Shown here: positions 61,737 to 64,000 of the stretch, in pieces
Layout of the letters: every line of letters begins with the position of its first letter
How positions within the stretch are numbered: the stretch's first letter is position 1
Source: Antedon mediterranea
Lineage: Eukaryota > Animalia > Echinodermata
Assembly (NCBI RefSeq): GCF_964355755.1
Contig: NC_092673.1
Location: forward strand, 13,612,948-13,676,947
Reading direction: 5' to 3'
DNA: 64,000 bases
Position numbers and translations under genes: made by a program
Notes under the pieces: model-generated
The model's database searches: none
Told to the model about the DNA's origin: nothing
Seen by the model: the letters and a program-made list of their open reading frames with translations, nothing else

Positions 61737-62663
61737 CGCCCGTATTCTTAAACCGGACTTTAGTCGTAGTTCGAAGTTCGACTTGAAAAAGTCGTAGTTC
61801 GAGCTATTACTTCAAATTCGATTAAAAAACGAAGTAGTCGAAGTTTGCAGTTCGACTTAATGAAGTCGAGCTTTTAGTCGAGTTGCACACGTCTGGGTAA
61901 CAAAGGCTATACATTGGCCAATGACAAGAGAGTATTTGAGGAGCAGACGAAATTTTGCGCATTGATATCACTTTCCATTTCTTACAACACTTTTTACGCA
62001 TCAGGACTATATACATGAAAAATAATTTTAATCGTTAATTATTAGAACAATATCAGTATTAATTTAACAGTGAAGTATATTTGATTAACAACAAATAAAA
62101 TCTTCAAAATATATTTAGGAACCATGGCGGTACGGTAACTTTTATATTTTCTAGGCCCCCAACAAAGTATGATCGCGACGAACCACGCACTTCAAAGCGT
62201 AACAAGAAAGCACTAGGCCCCCTAAACATTCCATCGCGTGGTGAATTGCCACATCTCCCATTGTCGCTATGGCGTGATGTAGCTCAAGTCGGACTTGCGC
62301 GAAGAAAATAATGTAATTTGTATACAGTTGTAAATAAAGATGATTTTCATTATTATAACTTATACCAATGTATATTTAATTAAGCTAATATAAATATAGA
62401 TATTTCATTCTTCAATATCTGGCCAATATAACAACTCAATGACTGTTACGTTTTTTATAAACATCGTTTAAAAACCATTTAGTCGACTATTTAGCCTGCC
62501 CCCTCCAGGACTAAAAAAATCGATCAAAATCCGTCTCGATTTAGTCGAGGTTGGCCTGATTTAGTCGGTGATTTAGTTGAAGTTCGGTTTATGAATTAAA
62601 ATGACGTCATTTTTTTAGTTTTAGCTCGAACTACGACTAAAGTCCGGTTTAAGAATACGGGCG
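61737..62663. mobile_element. Nested Harbinger-like MITE, 927 bp
   Basis: 38-bp TIR CGCCCGTATTCTTAAACCGGACTTTAGTCGTAGTTCGA, TSD TCT. Confidence 0.9.
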
Positions 62664-62813
62664 TCTGACCAGGTCAAAGCAGATAGAACTATGTATACAT
62701 TCATGACAATGCATGAACGTTACATCGTTTACATGTTTTTTTGTGTTTTTTTTATGTATATAATGTTTACCATACTGATTTGTTCTTATACACTCGTCAA
62801 TTGTATAATAATT

Positions 62814-63038
62814 ACAGGGGTGCGTCAAAAAACCTAGATGGTACATCACATCAATGAACAAGGTGTGTCAATGTCCGTCACTTTACCACCCACCATATCA
62901 TAAACAACATGGTCACAGTGCGTCAAAATGGGTGCGTCATGGTCACCTAAAGGTAAGTCACCTTTTTGATGCACGGGTGCGTCATGGTATTCAAAAGTAT
63001 GACGCACATCGGACAAATGACGCACCTCTCCCGGGGGT
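62814..63038. repeat. GGTGCGTCA-motif MITE-like fragment
   Basis: Repeated GTGCGTCA/TGACGCAC motifs in inverted arrangement. Confidence 0.5.
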
Positions 63039-64000
63039 CGTATAGTGGGTCATACAATTGACAAGTGCATTACTACTTTGCATTGCATTTTAATTCAAAA
63101 TAATTTAAAACGTAATTGTTACATGGACAATTATCTGAATAATTGATTTAATTTATGAAAATATCATATCACTGATGCCAACTTTACTGTTCTTTAAAAT
63201 CTGAACCTGGAAATACATTTGACATAGCTATTTCACTGTCGTATCATAAGGTACGGGGGTATGTAGTTGCTGTCTGCTAATCATGGTCGTGTATTTTCAT
63301 TGGTTAAGGTTAAAATCACTGGTGCATCACTGGATTAGCGTTATGAAATCTACCCTCTCCCGCTAGAGTTATTAACGCCACTGGCGCGGAGTTACAGCTC
63401 CCTAACGCTAATCCGCGGCATGGTTCAGACACAAAAATATGTACACCGCTTACATAACTCCACCGTAACTCCGTGAGTCTGAACATACCCTTAAATTATT
63501 TAAATGACTAGCCTCTCCAGGTAGACCTACTAGACTAGGCCAAGTAAGTGATTACTGAAAAAGGCTAGTCGCAGCATAAAGAAAAGGATAACGCTTATAA
63601 CTACGTAATAAATTTGTGCATTGGGACAATGCCATACATATCCCTTTTCCACCCGTTAATTGCGGAGTTGATCCGAAATTGTGTAACCAGAGCCGTACCT
63701 GTGACGCGGAAATGTAGGCCAGTGTAAACGACGGGTAAGTATTGACATTGTGGAATGTATTCAGCATCAAATCAACCCGGGACAATCCCATGCACTTGCC
63801 TGTTGGTGGTGTAAACAGTCCTGCATATGTTTTCCCCGTTGGTTGCTATTGCTATCCTCTCTCAATATAGTATTTAATGTACATACAATTAAGTTAAAAC
63901 TGATTCTGATTATTCGCTTATTAATAAATAAAACGTATGATTGTTATTTATTTTTATTAACGAGTAGACTCAATATTGCTATAAAAAAAATTGTTGGAGG

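Larger units (their letters stand above)
61608..63490. mobile_element. Harbinger-type MITE (outer)
   Basis: 37-bp TIR GGGTATGTTCAGACTCACGGAGTTACGGTGGAGTTAT, TSD TTA. Confidence 0.92.

Overview
This is AT-rich eukaryotic (metazoan) genomic DNA with spliceosomal GT-AG introns, not a prokaryotic window. A marine invertebrate is likely, and an echinoderm-like host is only a guess from the repeat content and TLR type. Roughly 1-44 kb is a nested transposon graveyard. It holds two DIRS tyrosine-recombinase retroelements, a BEL/Pao LTR element split by CR1/L2 and RTE LINEs, and a 6.9-kb TIR element (TAT..ATA ends, IS3EU-like) carrying a spliced SAM/UBZ/UIM/HECT-like cargo gene. It also holds MULE, Academ and THAP remnants, several Chapaev (RAG1-like) transposase relics, two divergent copies of a spliced OB-fold gene, Helentron-type HINEs flanking a tRNA-Val pair, and many MITEs. 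Roughly 45-59 kb is a tandem Toll-like receptor cluster with one apparently intact, short, intron-containing TLR, one heavily disrupted pseudogene and one 5' fragment, all with IRF-type motifs upstream. A near full-length CR1/L2 LINE with a 2A-like peptide lies between copies 1 and 2. All family calls come from reading motifs by eye; no database searches were run, and boundaries of degraded fragments are approximate.
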